DNA from: an uncultured bacterium
Lineage (GTDB): Bacteria > Oederibacteriota > Muellerivitia > Muellerivitales > Muellerivitaceae
Length of the DNA: 64,000 bases
Reading direction: 5' to 3'
Assembly (NCBI GenBank): GCA_964529445.1
Contig: CAZGWJ010000001.1
Span: 14,863-78,862 of the forward strand
A model generated the notes under the pieces. That model was given only the letters and a program-made list of their open reading frames with translations. It searched no databases and was not told the DNA's origin. Shown one piece after another: positions 39,052-47,570 of the stretch (its first letter is position 1; each line of letters begins with the position of its first letter). The position numbers and the translations under genes were made by a program.

Positions 39052-40335
39052 GTGAAGTCCTTTGATGTTCTCATCGTCGGCGGCGGTCCCGGCGGATACA
39101 CGCTGGCTCATCTGCTGGCCCGCCAGGGCAAGTCGGTCGCGCTTTTCGAGCGCAGGAAGCTCGGCGGGGCCTGCCTGCACGTGGGTTGCATTCCTACCAA
39201 ACTCCTCCAGCAGGCCTCCGTCCGCTACTCCGCGCTCTCCAAGGAAGGCAAGTCCTGGGGCCTCGAGGCTCCGGAAGTGAAGCTGAATTTCGATACCATC
39301 GTGGCCCGCCTCAAGAAGACCGTCACGGTCCTGGAGATGGGCATCTCCTCCATGTTGAAAGCCGACAAGGTCGAGGTCGTTCAGGGCGAGGCGACTGTCA
39401 AGGCGCCGGACCTCGTTGTATGCAGCGGCGAGGAATATAAAGGGAAGGAGCTCATTCTCGCGGTGGGTTCCCGTCCCCGCGTCCTGCCCTCCTTCCCCCT
39501 GGGCGACGGCGTCGTGACGAGCGACGAACTGCTGTCCCAGCCGAGGCTTCCCAAGTCCCTGCTGGTGGTCGGGGCGGGCGTCATTGGCCTCGAGTTCGCC
39601 GGCCTCTACGCCCAGATGGGCGTGAAGGTGCGCGTGGGGGACATCCTTTCCACCCTGATCCCCACCATGGACGCGGAACTCTCCCAACTGCTCCTGAACG
39701 CTTATCGAAAGATGGGCGTGGAGCTCGAACTGGGCGTCGAGGAGGTCGTCCGCAGGGACGAGGATATGGTTCTCGTCGCGGCGGGGCGAGTGAACAACCT
39801 GGACCACGCGGGGATCCCCGCGTTGAATCTCGCGATCGAGAAGGGCCGCGTGAAGGTGGACGGACAATTGAGGACTTCCGTTCCCGGCGTCTGGGCCATC
39901 GGCGACCTGTCCTCGACGTTCCCCTACGCCCATTCGGCCTACGAACACGCCCGCATCGTTGCGGAGGCCATGAAAGGATCGAAGGAGACGATGGACGACC
40001 GCAAGGTGCCCCACGTCATCTTCTCCTCCCCTGAGATGGCGGGCGTGGGGATGACCGAGGCGGAGGCCAAGGCCGCCTGCCCGAGCCTGAAGGTCTTGCG
40101 CAACAACATGGCGGCCGTCTCCAAGGCCCGCATCCTGGGCGAGATCCAGGGTTTCGTGAAGGTGCTTTACGACGGAGATTCGGGGAGGATCCTGGGGGTT
40201 CAGATGGCCGGTCCCGAGGCCACGGACCTGATCGGCGAGGCGTGCCTGCTGGTGTCGAAGGGCCTGACGGTGGAGGACCTGAAGAGGACGTTGCATCCGC
40301 ACCCCACGCTCGCGGAAGCCTTCTACTTCCACTGA
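39052..40335 (+). CDS. Dihydrolipoyl dehydrogenase-like pyridine nucleotide-disulfide oxidoreductase
   Basis: MKSFDVLIVGGGPGGY ... GGACLHVGCIPTK (redox-active disulfide), second Rossmann GAGVIGLEF, and the C-terminal dimerisation HPHPTLAEAF. Confidence 0.85.
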   Translation: MKSFDVLIVGGGPGGYTLAHLLARQGKSVALFERRKLGGACLHVGCIPTKLLQQASVRYSALSKEGKSWGLEAPEVKLNFDTIVARLKKTVTVLEMGISSMLKADKVEVVQGEATVKAPDLVVCSGEEYKGKELILAVGSRPRVLPSFPLGDGVVTSDELLSQPRLPKSLLVVGAGVIGLEFAGLYAQMGVKVRVGDILSTLIPTMDAELSQLLLNAYRKMGVELELGVEEVVRRDEDMVLVAAGRVNNLDHAGIPALNLAIEKGRVKVDGQLRTSVPGVWAIGDLSSTFPYAHSAYEHARIVAEAMKGSKETMDDRKVPHVIFSSPEMAGVGMTEAEAKAACPSLKVLRNNMAAVSKARILGEIQGFVKVLYDGDSGRILGVQMAGPEATDLIGEACLLVSKGLTVEDLKRTLHPHPTLAEAFYFH

Positions 40336-40352
40336 CCCAACATGACCATTAG

Positions 40353-40418
40353 CCACCGATGGATGGGGATGGATCCGCCTTCGGCGAGATCTCGGCACCA
40401 ATGTTAATTGGTGACGGA
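40353..40418. repeat. Structured intergenic element GATGGATGGGGATGGATCC + CCGCCTTCGGCGAGATCTCGGC core + hairpin CACCAAT-gttaa-ATTGGTG. An inverted homologue is at 53591..53652.
   Basis: The core matches the CCGCCTTTGGCGAGACCTCGCC core of the 75-nt elements at 1822..1843 and 6337..6358. Confidence 0.7.
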
Positions 40419-40610
40419 CACCGATTAGGCTTCATCGGTCATCCCGAGACGGATTTCGTGAGGGATCCCCGGTTCTGCCCATTCGTGTGTAGGGCCTCGC
40501 CCATGGCATGGTTTGGTAGCGCTTCCACCCTATTTGCCGTTCACTTCATTCTGCACGCCTGTTGTATCATTCCACTCACGACATTCAACCCTTTCGAAGG
40601 CGGTGCCTGA

Positions 40611-42410
40611 ATGACGAGAAACCTGATGAACCTCCTCCTCACCCTCCTGATCGGCCTGATGCCGATGGCTTTGGCGGCTCAAGGGGCGCCTCCGGGCGGC
40701 AAACCCCTCCTCCCCAAACCGGGCATCGAGATGTTCCCGACGGGCGACCTCCAGGAAGGTTTGGGCGTCGCCGAGATCGTCCCCGTGGAGGGTCAGCCCT
40801 TCAGGAAGGCCATCCGCCTCACGACCCTGAAGGCGGGTGCCATGAAATGGAATCCGCAGAACGACATCATGATCACGGTCCCGACCCAGGCCGGGGACGT
40901 CATGCTCCTCGAGTTCTGGATGAGGGCCGTCAAGGGCCAGGGCGAGAGCGGGGACGCCAAGAGCGAGGTGGTCTTCGAGCGGTACGGCGACCCCTGGACC
41001 AAGGCCATCGAGCAGAGCATCTCGGCCGGGCCGAAATGGAAGAAGTTCATGATGCCCTTCGTGGCCCGGGAGGACCTGGAAGCCGAAAAATCCCATCTTT
41101 CCTTCCGCATGGGGTATGGGCCGCAGAGCTACGAACTGGCCGACGTCAAGATCACCAACTACGGCACCAAGAAGAAGCTATCGGACATGCCCCAGACCAA
41201 GGTGACCTACGGGGGCATGGAGGAGGACGCTCCCTGGCGCAAGACGGCCGAGGAGAACATCGAGAAGGTCCGCAAGGGCGACCTCACCGTGACGGTGAAG
41301 GACAAGAACGGAAAGCCCCTGTCCGGCGCGAAGGTCTCGGTTCGCATGAAACGCCACGCCTTCGGGTTCGGTTCGGCCGTGGTGGCAGGCCGGATGGCCG
41401 GCACCGGCGAGGATTCCGACCGTTACCGCGCCGAGATCGAGCGGCTCTTCAGCCGCGTGGTCTTCGAGAACGACCTGAAGTGGGGTTTCTGGGAGCAGGG
41501 AGCCACGAACAGCGGCGGATGGAGCCGCAAGGAAACGCTGGATGCCGCGAAGTGGTTGAATGACCGGAACATCGAGATCCGGGGTCACAACATGGTCTGG
41601 GGCGGATGGAAGTACATGCCGGGTGATGTCCAGCAACTCAAGGACAAACCGAAGGCCCTGGAAGCCGCCATCGAGAAGCGCATCATGGACGTCGGCGGAG
41701 CGATGAAGGGGAAGCTGGTCGAATGGGACGTGGTCAACGAGCCGGTCCCGGAGAAGGCCCTGACGGATATTCTGGGCCAGGATGCGCTGGTCACCTGGTT
41801 CAAGAAGGCCCGCGAGGCCGACCCCAAGGCCGTTCTCTTCGTGAACGATTATCCCAACCCCGATTCGATGGGGCACCTGGACGGATGCGAGGCGGTCATC
41901 AAGTTCCTGCAGGAAAAGAAGGCGCCCGTGGGCGGCTTCGGGTTGCAGGCCCACATCGGCGAGTCCCCCTGGTCCATTCCGGACCTCCTCCAGGTCATCG
42001 ATCGTTTCGGCGCCCTCGGGGTCCCCGTGGCGATCACCGAATACGACACCCAGATCAAGGACGAGGAGTTGGAGGGGCAGTTCACGAAGGATTTCATGAC
42101 GGCGGTCTTCAGCAACCCCCACGCCAACAGCTTCATCACGTGGGGCTTCTGGGACGGGGCCCATTACGGCCAGAAGGCGCCCTTCTTCAAGCGGGATTGG
42201 TCCTTGAAACCCGCTGGCAAGGCCTTCGAGGAACTGGTGCTCAAGGATTGGTGGACCAACGCGGACGGGAAGACCGACGCGGCAGGTTCGTACCAGACAC
42301 GCGGCTTCGCGGGGGACTACGAAGTCGTCGTGAAGTCGGGCTCCAAGTCGGTGACGGTCAAGGCCCAGTTGTCCAAGGACGGCCTGGCCCTCCCGGTTGT
42401 TTTGAAGTAA
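40611..42410 (+). CDS. Secreted GH10 endo-1,4-beta-xylanase with N-terminal carbohydrate-binding-like domain
   Basis: Signal peptide MTRNLMNLLLTLLIGLMPMALAAQG, then the GH10 catalytic signatures WDVVNEP and ITEYDTQ. Confidence 0.8.
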   Translation: MTRNLMNLLLTLLIGLMPMALAAQGAPPGGKPLLPKPGIEMFPTGDLQEGLGVAEIVPVEGQPFRKAIRLTTLKAGAMKWNPQNDIMITVPTQAGDVMLLEFWMRAVKGQGESGDAKSEVVFERYGDPWTKAIEQSISAGPKWKKFMMPFVAREDLEAEKSHLSFRMGYGPQSYELADVKITNYGTKKKLSDMPQTKVTYGGMEEDAPWRKTAEENIEKVRKGDLTVTVKDKNGKPLSGAKVSVRMKRHAFGFGSAVVAGRMAGTGEDSDRYRAEIERLFSRVVFENDLKWGFWEQGATNSGGWSRKETLDAAKWLNDRNIEIRGHNMVWGGWKYMPGDVQQLKDKPKALEAAIEKRIMDVGGAMKGKLVEWDVVNEPVPEKALTDILGQDALVTWFKKAREADPKAVLFVNDYPNPDSMGHLDGCEAVIKFLQEKKAPVGGFGLQAHIGESPWSIPDLLQVIDRFGALGVPVAITEYDTQIKDEELEGQFTKDFMTAVFSNPHANSFITWGFWDGAHYGQKAPFFKRDWSLKPAGKAFEELVLKDWWTNADGKTDAAGSYQTRGFAGDYEVVVKSGSKSVTVKAQLSKDGLALPVVLK

Positions 42411-42432
42411 TTCCTCGCCCCGCTCCCTTTGT

Positions 42433-42456
42433 CCCTCCCCCGCTTGCGGGGGAGGG
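42433..42456. repeat. GC hairpin CCCTCCCCCG-CTTG-CGGGGGAGGG followed by GCAATTCC. Same family as 2062..2085.
   Basis: Both copies are followed by gggcaat(c/t). Confidence 0.55.
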
Positions 42457-42607
42457 CAATTCCTCAGAACCGATCTTTGGTGATAGAGGAATGGGTGAGG
42501 GGATCAGTTCGATGTTACCCATTGAGTCGGATGATGTTTTTCGCGCCTTCGCGCCTTCGCGATGGCTGTGAATTGTCCGTGTCCTATTTGTAATCTCGGA
42601 GGTTTCC

Positions 42608-43342
42608 ATGAGCATCGAATCCGTCAAGGGCAAGTGGGCTTTGATCACTGGCGCGAGCCGGGGCGTCGGCAAGCAGGTCTCCCTCGCCATGGCCAAGCTG
42701 GGGACGAACCTCGTTCTCCACAGCCGGGATGCCGCCCACACCGACCCCGTCGCGAAGGAATGCCGGGCCCTCGGCGTGAAGGTGGCCCAGGTCGCGGGGG
42801 AACTCTCCGATCAGACCCAGGTGGATTCCATGCTGGATGCGGCCCTGAAGGCCGCGGGCCAGATCGACATCGTCTTCAACAACGCTGCCTTGATGACGAA
42901 GTATCGGCAGGACCCCTGGACCGTGACGGCGGAGGAATTTCGCACGAGTTTCGAGATCAACGTCATCGCACTGGCCCGCATCTGCAACCGCTTGGTGCCT
43001 CCCATGATCCAGCGCAAGTGGGGGCGTGTCGTCAACACGACCTCGGGCATCAAGGAACAGCCCGAATTGATCGCCTATTCCATCTCGAAGGGCGCGGTGG
43101 ACAAGTACGTGAGGGACTTTGCGCCTTCGTTGAAGGACACGGGGGTCATGATGAATCTGCTGGATCCGGGTTGGCTGAGGACGGACTTGGGTGGGCCCAA
43201 CGCCCCCAACGCGGTGGAGAGCGTCGTCCCCGGCGCCATCGTGTCGGCCCTGCTGGACGACGGCATCAGCGGTCGACTTTTCCGTGCGCAAGATTACGCG
43301 GGGATGGGTTTGGCGGATGCCCTGAAGAAAGCGACAAGCTGA
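42608..43342 (+). CDS. Short-chain dehydrogenase/reductase (SDR) family oxidoreductase
   Basis: WALITGASRGVGKQ (TGxxxGxG), NNAA, and catalytic YSISKGAVDK. Confidence 0.85.
   Translation: MSIESVKGKWALITGASRGVGKQVSLAMAKLGTNLVLHSRDAAHTDPVAKECRALGVKVAQVAGELSDQTQVDSMLDAALKAAGQIDIVFNNAALMTKYRQDPWTVTAEEFRTSFEINVIALARICNRLVPPMIQRKWGRVVNTTSGIKEQPELIAYSISKGAVDKYVRDFAPSLKDTGVMMNLLDPGWLRTDLGGPNAPNAVESVVPGAIVSALLDDGISGRLFRAQDYAGMGLADALKKATS
43225..43342. repeat. About 118-bp imperfect direct repeat, copy A (the functional 3' end of the SDR gene). Copy B is at 44066..44175, about 85% identical.
   Basis: cgccatcgtgtcggccctgctggacgacggcatcagcggtcgacttttccgtgcgcaagattacgcggggatgggtttggcggatgccctgaagaaagcgacaagctga versus cgccatcgttccggccttgctggacgacggcatcagcgggcgcctctttcgcgcgcaggatgacgcggggatgagcttggcggatgccctcaagaaggccgcgcaataa. 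Confidence 0.85.
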
Positions 43343-43370
43343 AATTTGACCTATTGAGAGGATATAACCA

Positions 43371-43745
43371 ATGTGTTATACTCCTGGTATGAAGGTGGAG
43401 TTCTACAAGACTCCAAGCGGTCGTAAACCGGTCGAGGATTTCATACTTGGCCTCTCGGCGGGCGACCAAGGCGAGTTTGCGGGCGTGAAACGAGGGATCG
43501 AGAAGTACGGACTCAAGTGCCCGCTGGTGATATTTAAGAACCTGTCGGGCAAACTTTGGGAGGTCAAGTTTTCAGGGGAAGGCGGGAAGTACAGGATCGC
43601 ATATGTCGTGATTACGGGGCCTGAAATGGTTTGGCTCCACGCCTTCAAGAAGAAGACCCAAAAGACCCCCAAGGATGACTTGGAACTGTCGTTGAAACGG
43701 ATGAAGGAGGTATTGGACCATGAAAAAGCACAAAAGAACCGATAA
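43371..43745 (+). CDS. HigB/RelE-superfamily toxin of Gp49-like (PF05973-type) family
   Basis: MKVEFYKTPSGRKPVEDFILGL...KLWEVKF...YRIAYVV. Alternative start at 43389. Lower GC than its surroundings. Confidence 0.7.
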   Translation: MCYTPGMKVEFYKTPSGRKPVEDFILGLSAGDQGEFAGVKRGIEKYGLKCPLVIFKNLSGKLWEVKFSGEGGKYRIAYVVITGPEMVWLHAFKKKTQKTPKDDLELSLKRMKEVLDHEKAQKNR

Positions 43746-44061
43746 GCCCTATTACGATCCGACTTCTTTCTTCGCGAAACTGGAAAGGAACCCCGAGGTC
43801 AAACGCCGTGCTGAACAGAAGGAAAGAATGTTCGACCTGGCCATGGAGGTTCGGAAGCTCAGGGAGGATGCCGGACTTACCCAAAAGACACTCGCTGCCA
43901 GGATCGGGACCAAGCAAAGCGCGATCTCCCGTGTTGAAAGCGGTCAGTACAAGTCCAGCCCCTCCATTAGCCTGCTGGAAAGCGTGGCGATGGCTTGCGG
44001 TAAACGGCTTGAGATCAGTTTCGTGAAACCCAAGGTGCATGCGCACGCGGGGCGGTCCTAA
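43720..44061 (+). CDS. HTH XRE-family antitoxin (HigA-like)
   Basis: LREDAGLTQKTLAARIGTKQSAISRVESGQ is an XRE HTH. It overlaps the toxin gene by 26 nt, as is typical for toxin-antitoxin pairs. Confidence 0.7.
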   Translation: MKKHKRTDKPYYDPTSFFAKLERNPEVKRRAEQKERMFDLAMEVRKLREDAGLTQKTLAARIGTKQSAISRVESGQYKSSPSISLLESVAMACGKRLEISFVKPKVHAHAGRS

Positions 44062-44065
44062 TACG

Positions 44066-44175
44066 TCGCCATCGTTCCGGCCTTGCTGGACGACGGCATC
44101 AGCGGGCGCCTCTTTCGCGCGCAGGATGACGCGGGGATGAGCTTGGCGGATGCCCTCAAGAAGGCCGCGCAATAA
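44066..44175. repeat. Copy B of the duplicated SDR 3' end (displaced remnant encoding ...ALLDDGISGRLFRAQDDAGMSLADALKKAAQ*)
   Basis: See 43225..43342. It begins one nucleotide after the higA stop. Confidence 0.85.
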
Positions 44176-44259
44176 ACGGGGTCACGCTTCACAGACTGAA
44201 AACAAAATGCCTGCCACCTTCACGCCTTCAAACACACCGTATAATATCAATGTAGGATC

Positions 44260-47200
44260 TTAGCGTACTCCATATAGAAGGTTCCTCAGAACCTTTCCTT
44301 GTTTAGTTGTGAACCTGAACTGGAACCCGTACTCCCGACCACTCCACGGGCGGGTGCATTGCGCGCCCACCTTGATCAGCACCTTGTTCCAGCCCTTCTT
44401 CAATGAGACCGGCTTCTTGAAGAGCGTCCTCAACAGCAATCCCTTCTCGTTCACGACGAGCTTTCCGTTCACCCAGGCCTTCATCGAATCATCACCTGCG
44501 GCCTCGACATAGGCGGTCCTCGCCTTGTCCGACCACACCGAACACTTGGCGTAGGCCACGCCCTGCTCGGGGAAGGTCACTCCGCATTCCCTGAAGTCCA
44601 CGTAACCGAAGCAGGTGAATTCCCGGCCCGGGGCCCTCAGCCACGACAGGCCCTTCCCATAGGACGCGAGATCCGCGTTCTTCTCGGGGCCGTACACACG
44701 GTCCAGACCCTTCCCGTCCTTGTTGTCGAAGGAACCCACCACCGAGAACCAGGCGGGGAATCCGGAACCCCACTCCACGTTGGAGACCTGCTTCTTCACG
44801 GTCTTCTTGCCGTCGAGAACCTCGACGGTGATCTTGGCCTGGCTCAAGACCGGGAGGGCATCGGCCTGGGGGCTCAGCTCCCAAACGAGATGGCACAGTT
44901 CTCCCACCTTTACGATCAAGTCCGGGTCCGGCTTGCTGTCCACGCCCCAGCCCGCGGGGGCAACGATTGCGACCTTGGCACCCAATTCACGCCCGGTGTT
45001 GTTCTCGATGAGGGCATGGATCTTGAGGATCCCTCCGGTCTTCAGGTCATGGTCAACATGGATCTGGATGGGGTTCAGGTTCTCTACCCCACGCTTGCCG
45101 TCATGCACGACGCTCTTGTAGCGGCGGCCCTTGGGCAGGATCCCGGTGTTTCCGTCGACCTTCCCGACCTTCAAGCGGCCCTTGGCGTTCGTCGCGAGGG
45201 GTGTCTCCGCGTATTGGCCCCTCTCATATCCATAGGTGAGACCGTCGTCGTCGTAGAGGACGAAAGCACCGGGTTTCCCGGCGTAGGTATGCACCGTGAC
45301 GTCGGTCAACGGCTTCTCAAGGGCATAGGCCATCTCGGGGCCCATGGGGATGATGCTTCCGGCCCGGGCGAAGAGGGGGATGCGACCCAAAGGCGCACCT
45401 ACCGTGATCGTGCGGCCGCCCTTGATCTTCTCGCCCGTCCTGAAGTCGTACCAATCCCCCTTCGGCAGATAGACCTCACGCGTGCGGGCGTCCTCTTGCA
45501 GGATGGGGGCCACCAACAGGGCTGGGCCGAACATGAACTGGTCGGTGGCGGCGACTGCTTTCGGGTCCTCGGGGAAAGCCATCAGCATGGGACGCATGAT
45601 GGGCGCGCCGGTCAGGTGCACCTGGCGGGCCAGGGAATAGATGTAGGGCATCAGGCGGTAACGAAGGGCGATATGGTCGGCCACGATCCTTTCGATCGCA
45701 GGGCCGTAGGTCCAGGCCTCGTTCTCGGGCTTGGTGCCATGCGTGCGGAACAGGGCGTTGAACACGCCCCACTCGAACCAGCGGGCGTAGAGTTCGGGCG
45801 TGAAGGGACGGTAGGTCATGAAGCCGCCTGCGTCGGTGCACCACCAGGGTTGTCCCGAGAGGGAAACGCCTTGGCCGATCACCACCTGGTCGCGGAAAAC
45901 CTCCCAAGAAGCCTCGATGTCGCCGGACCAAAGCGTGGTGCCGTAACGCTGGACGCCGGCCCAGGTCGAACGGGCGAGGTTGAAGACGCGATCCGTGAAG
46001 TCCTTGCGCTGACCCTCGTAGAGACCCTTGGTCCAGAGCAGGGTATAGATGTTGTGCACGCGTTCGCGCGCCCCCAGGAAATGCTTCGTGGCAGGCGGGT
46101 GGTGCTCCAACTCGCCCATGTCGGTCCAATAACCGCGCACACCCAGCTCGAAGAGGGGCTTGATGTCGCCCCACCAGGTCTTGCGGGCCGCAGGATTCGA
46201 ATGGTCCACCGAGGGGTTGCCCGGTCCGGGCATGTCGTTGATGAAGCCGCGGGATTTGTAGGACTCGTAGAGCCTTGAGGTGCGGGTCATGTAGGGATGC
46301 TGGGCCTGCAACACCTTCACGTTAAGTTTTTCCATCTCGCGGAAAAGGGCGGGGGGATCGGGCCAGTTCTCCTTGTCCCAGGAGAGGTCGCCGAAATCCT
46401 TGAACCACATCCAGTCGATGACGAGCACGTCGAGAGGAAGGCCACGGCGGCGGTATTCGCGGGCCACGCGCAGGAATTCCTCCTGCGTGCGGTAGCGGTT
46501 CTTGCATTGGATGAAGCCCAGCGCCCACTTGGGCGGTATGGGGGAGGCGCCCGTGAGGGCCGCGTAACCGGCCAAGAGGCCGTCGGCGCGGTCGCGCAGA
46601 ATGAGGAAGAGGTCCATCACCCCGTCGTCGAGAAGGATGGCCATCCGGTCCGGGTGGTTCTCGCCGGAATGCTGGTCCCAGGCCCAGGGCGCGGAGCACC
46701 AGTTCCAGCCGAAGTCGGTGGGGCCTTCGCCCACCTTTGCCCCGCCCACGGCGAAGCGCATGGCCCAGGACGAGTTGACGAGGCAACCCCATCCGGCGCT
46801 CGTGATGAAGAAGGGCATGCCGTCGTTGCCACTGCGGCGCTTGCCGGCCCATTCGTGCCACATGCGGCGCTCGTGCCCGCGCTGGTCGAGGTTCGCCATG
46901 GGGTCCTGGCCGAGACCGTAGACCCTCTCGTCCTTCTTCAACTCGAACCGGACCACGGTGACCTGCTTGAGCCCGGTCGGGGGCGGGGCGATCTTGTTCA
47001 TGCGGTGGGCGGCCAGCGTCCGGGGCTCGTGACGGACCTCGGCGGTTTTGCCAGTAGGCGTGGAGAGGATCAGGCGGCCCTTGGGGTCGGTCACGCGGAA
47101 CGAGAAGGGCGAGAGGGTGACTTCGAGGATGCGGGAGGCGGTCGCGAGGCGCATCTTACCGGCGGATTTGGACAAACGGGCCGGGATGAAGCAGGGGGGA

Positions 47201-47346
47201 TGCTCGACGACGAAGGTCTCCTCGACCTTGGGGGTGCCGGGCGTGAAGCGGTAGCGCAGGATGTCGGGGGAGGTGAACCCCAGGCGGGCCTCGCCGCGCG
47301 GGGTCTTGACGGTCAATTCACTCTCATTGAAAAAATAGGCAGGCAT
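44260..47346 (-). CDS. GH31 alpha-glucosidase/alpha-xylosidase with C-terminal beta-sandwich (CBM/galactose-binding-like) domain
   Basis: WALGFIQCKNRY, LDVLVIDWMWF (catalytic nucleophile region), YWTDMGE. The start is probably MPAYFFNESE at 47346. Confidence 0.85.
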   Translation of the reverse strand: MPAYFFNESELTVKTPRGEARLGFTSPDILRYRFTPGTPKVEETFVVEHPPCFIPARLSKSAGKMRLATASRILEVTLSPFSFRVTDPKGRLILSTPTGKTAEVRHEPRTLAAHRMNKIAPPPTGLKQVTVVRFELKKDERVYGLGQDPMANLDQRGHERRMWHEWAGKRRSGNDGMPFFITSAGWGCLVNSSWAMRFAVGGAKVGEGPTDFGWNWCSAPWAWDQHSGENHPDRMAILLDDGVMDLFLILRDRADGLLAGYAALTGASPIPPKWALGFIQCKNRYRTQEEFLRVAREYRRRGLPLDVLVIDWMWFKDFGDLSWDKENWPDPPALFREMEKLNVKVLQAQHPYMTRTSRLYESYKSRGFINDMPGPGNPSVDHSNPAARKTWWGDIKPLFELGVRGYWTDMGELEHHPPATKHFLGARERVHNIYTLLWTKGLYEGQRKDFTDRVFNLARSTWAGVQRYGTTLWSGDIEASWEVFRDQVVIGQGVSLSGQPWWCTDAGGFMTYRPFTPELYARWFEWGVFNALFRTHGTKPENEAWTYGPAIERIVADHIALRYRLMPYIYSLARQVHLTGAPIMRPMLMAFPEDPKAVAATDQFMFGPALLVAPILQEDARTREVYLPKGDWYDFRTGEKIKGGRTITVGAPLGRIPLFARAGSIIPMGPEMAYALEKPLTDVTVHTYAGKPGAFVLYDDDGLTYGYERGQYAETPLATNAKGRLKVGKVDGNTGILPKGRRYKSVVHDGKRGVENLNPIQIHVDHDLKTGGILKIHALIENNTGRELGAKVAIVAPAGWGVDSKPDPDLIVKVGELCHLVWELSPQADALPVLSQAKITVEVLDGKKTVKKQVSNVEWGSGFPAWFSVVGSFDNKDGKGLDRVYGPEKNADLASYGKGLSWLRAPGREFTCFGYVDFRECGVTFPEQGVAYAKCSVWSDKARTAYVEAAGDDSMKAWVNGKLVVNEKGLLLRTLFKKPVSLKKGWNKVLIKVGAQCTRPWSGREYGFQFRFTTKQGKVLRNLLYGVR

Positions 47347-47570
47347 GGTTATCTCCGATAGAAAGTAAACCCGCAGGGGAGGCGGGTGCCGGCATTCTAT
47401 ATCTAGCAAACGGAAATGAGGAAAATTGAAATCGGTACAACGAAAGAACCATGACCGTCAATTCAACGACGTTTGTGGTGGGCGCGCCCGTGTTTTGCGA
47501 TGCTTCCATTCGCAATGACGAATTATATGACGGGGTCGTTCTTTGCGGGCTTGGCGTACTTGGCGGTTAA

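Noticed and set aside
38539-40401. 620-aa minus-strand ORF
   Set aside because: Antisense to the Lpd-like gene.
42433-42456. Calling the CCCTCCCCCG...CGGGGGAGGG hairpins intrinsic terminators
   Set aside because: They lack a U-tract immediately 3' on either strand. I keep them as REP-like hairpins instead.
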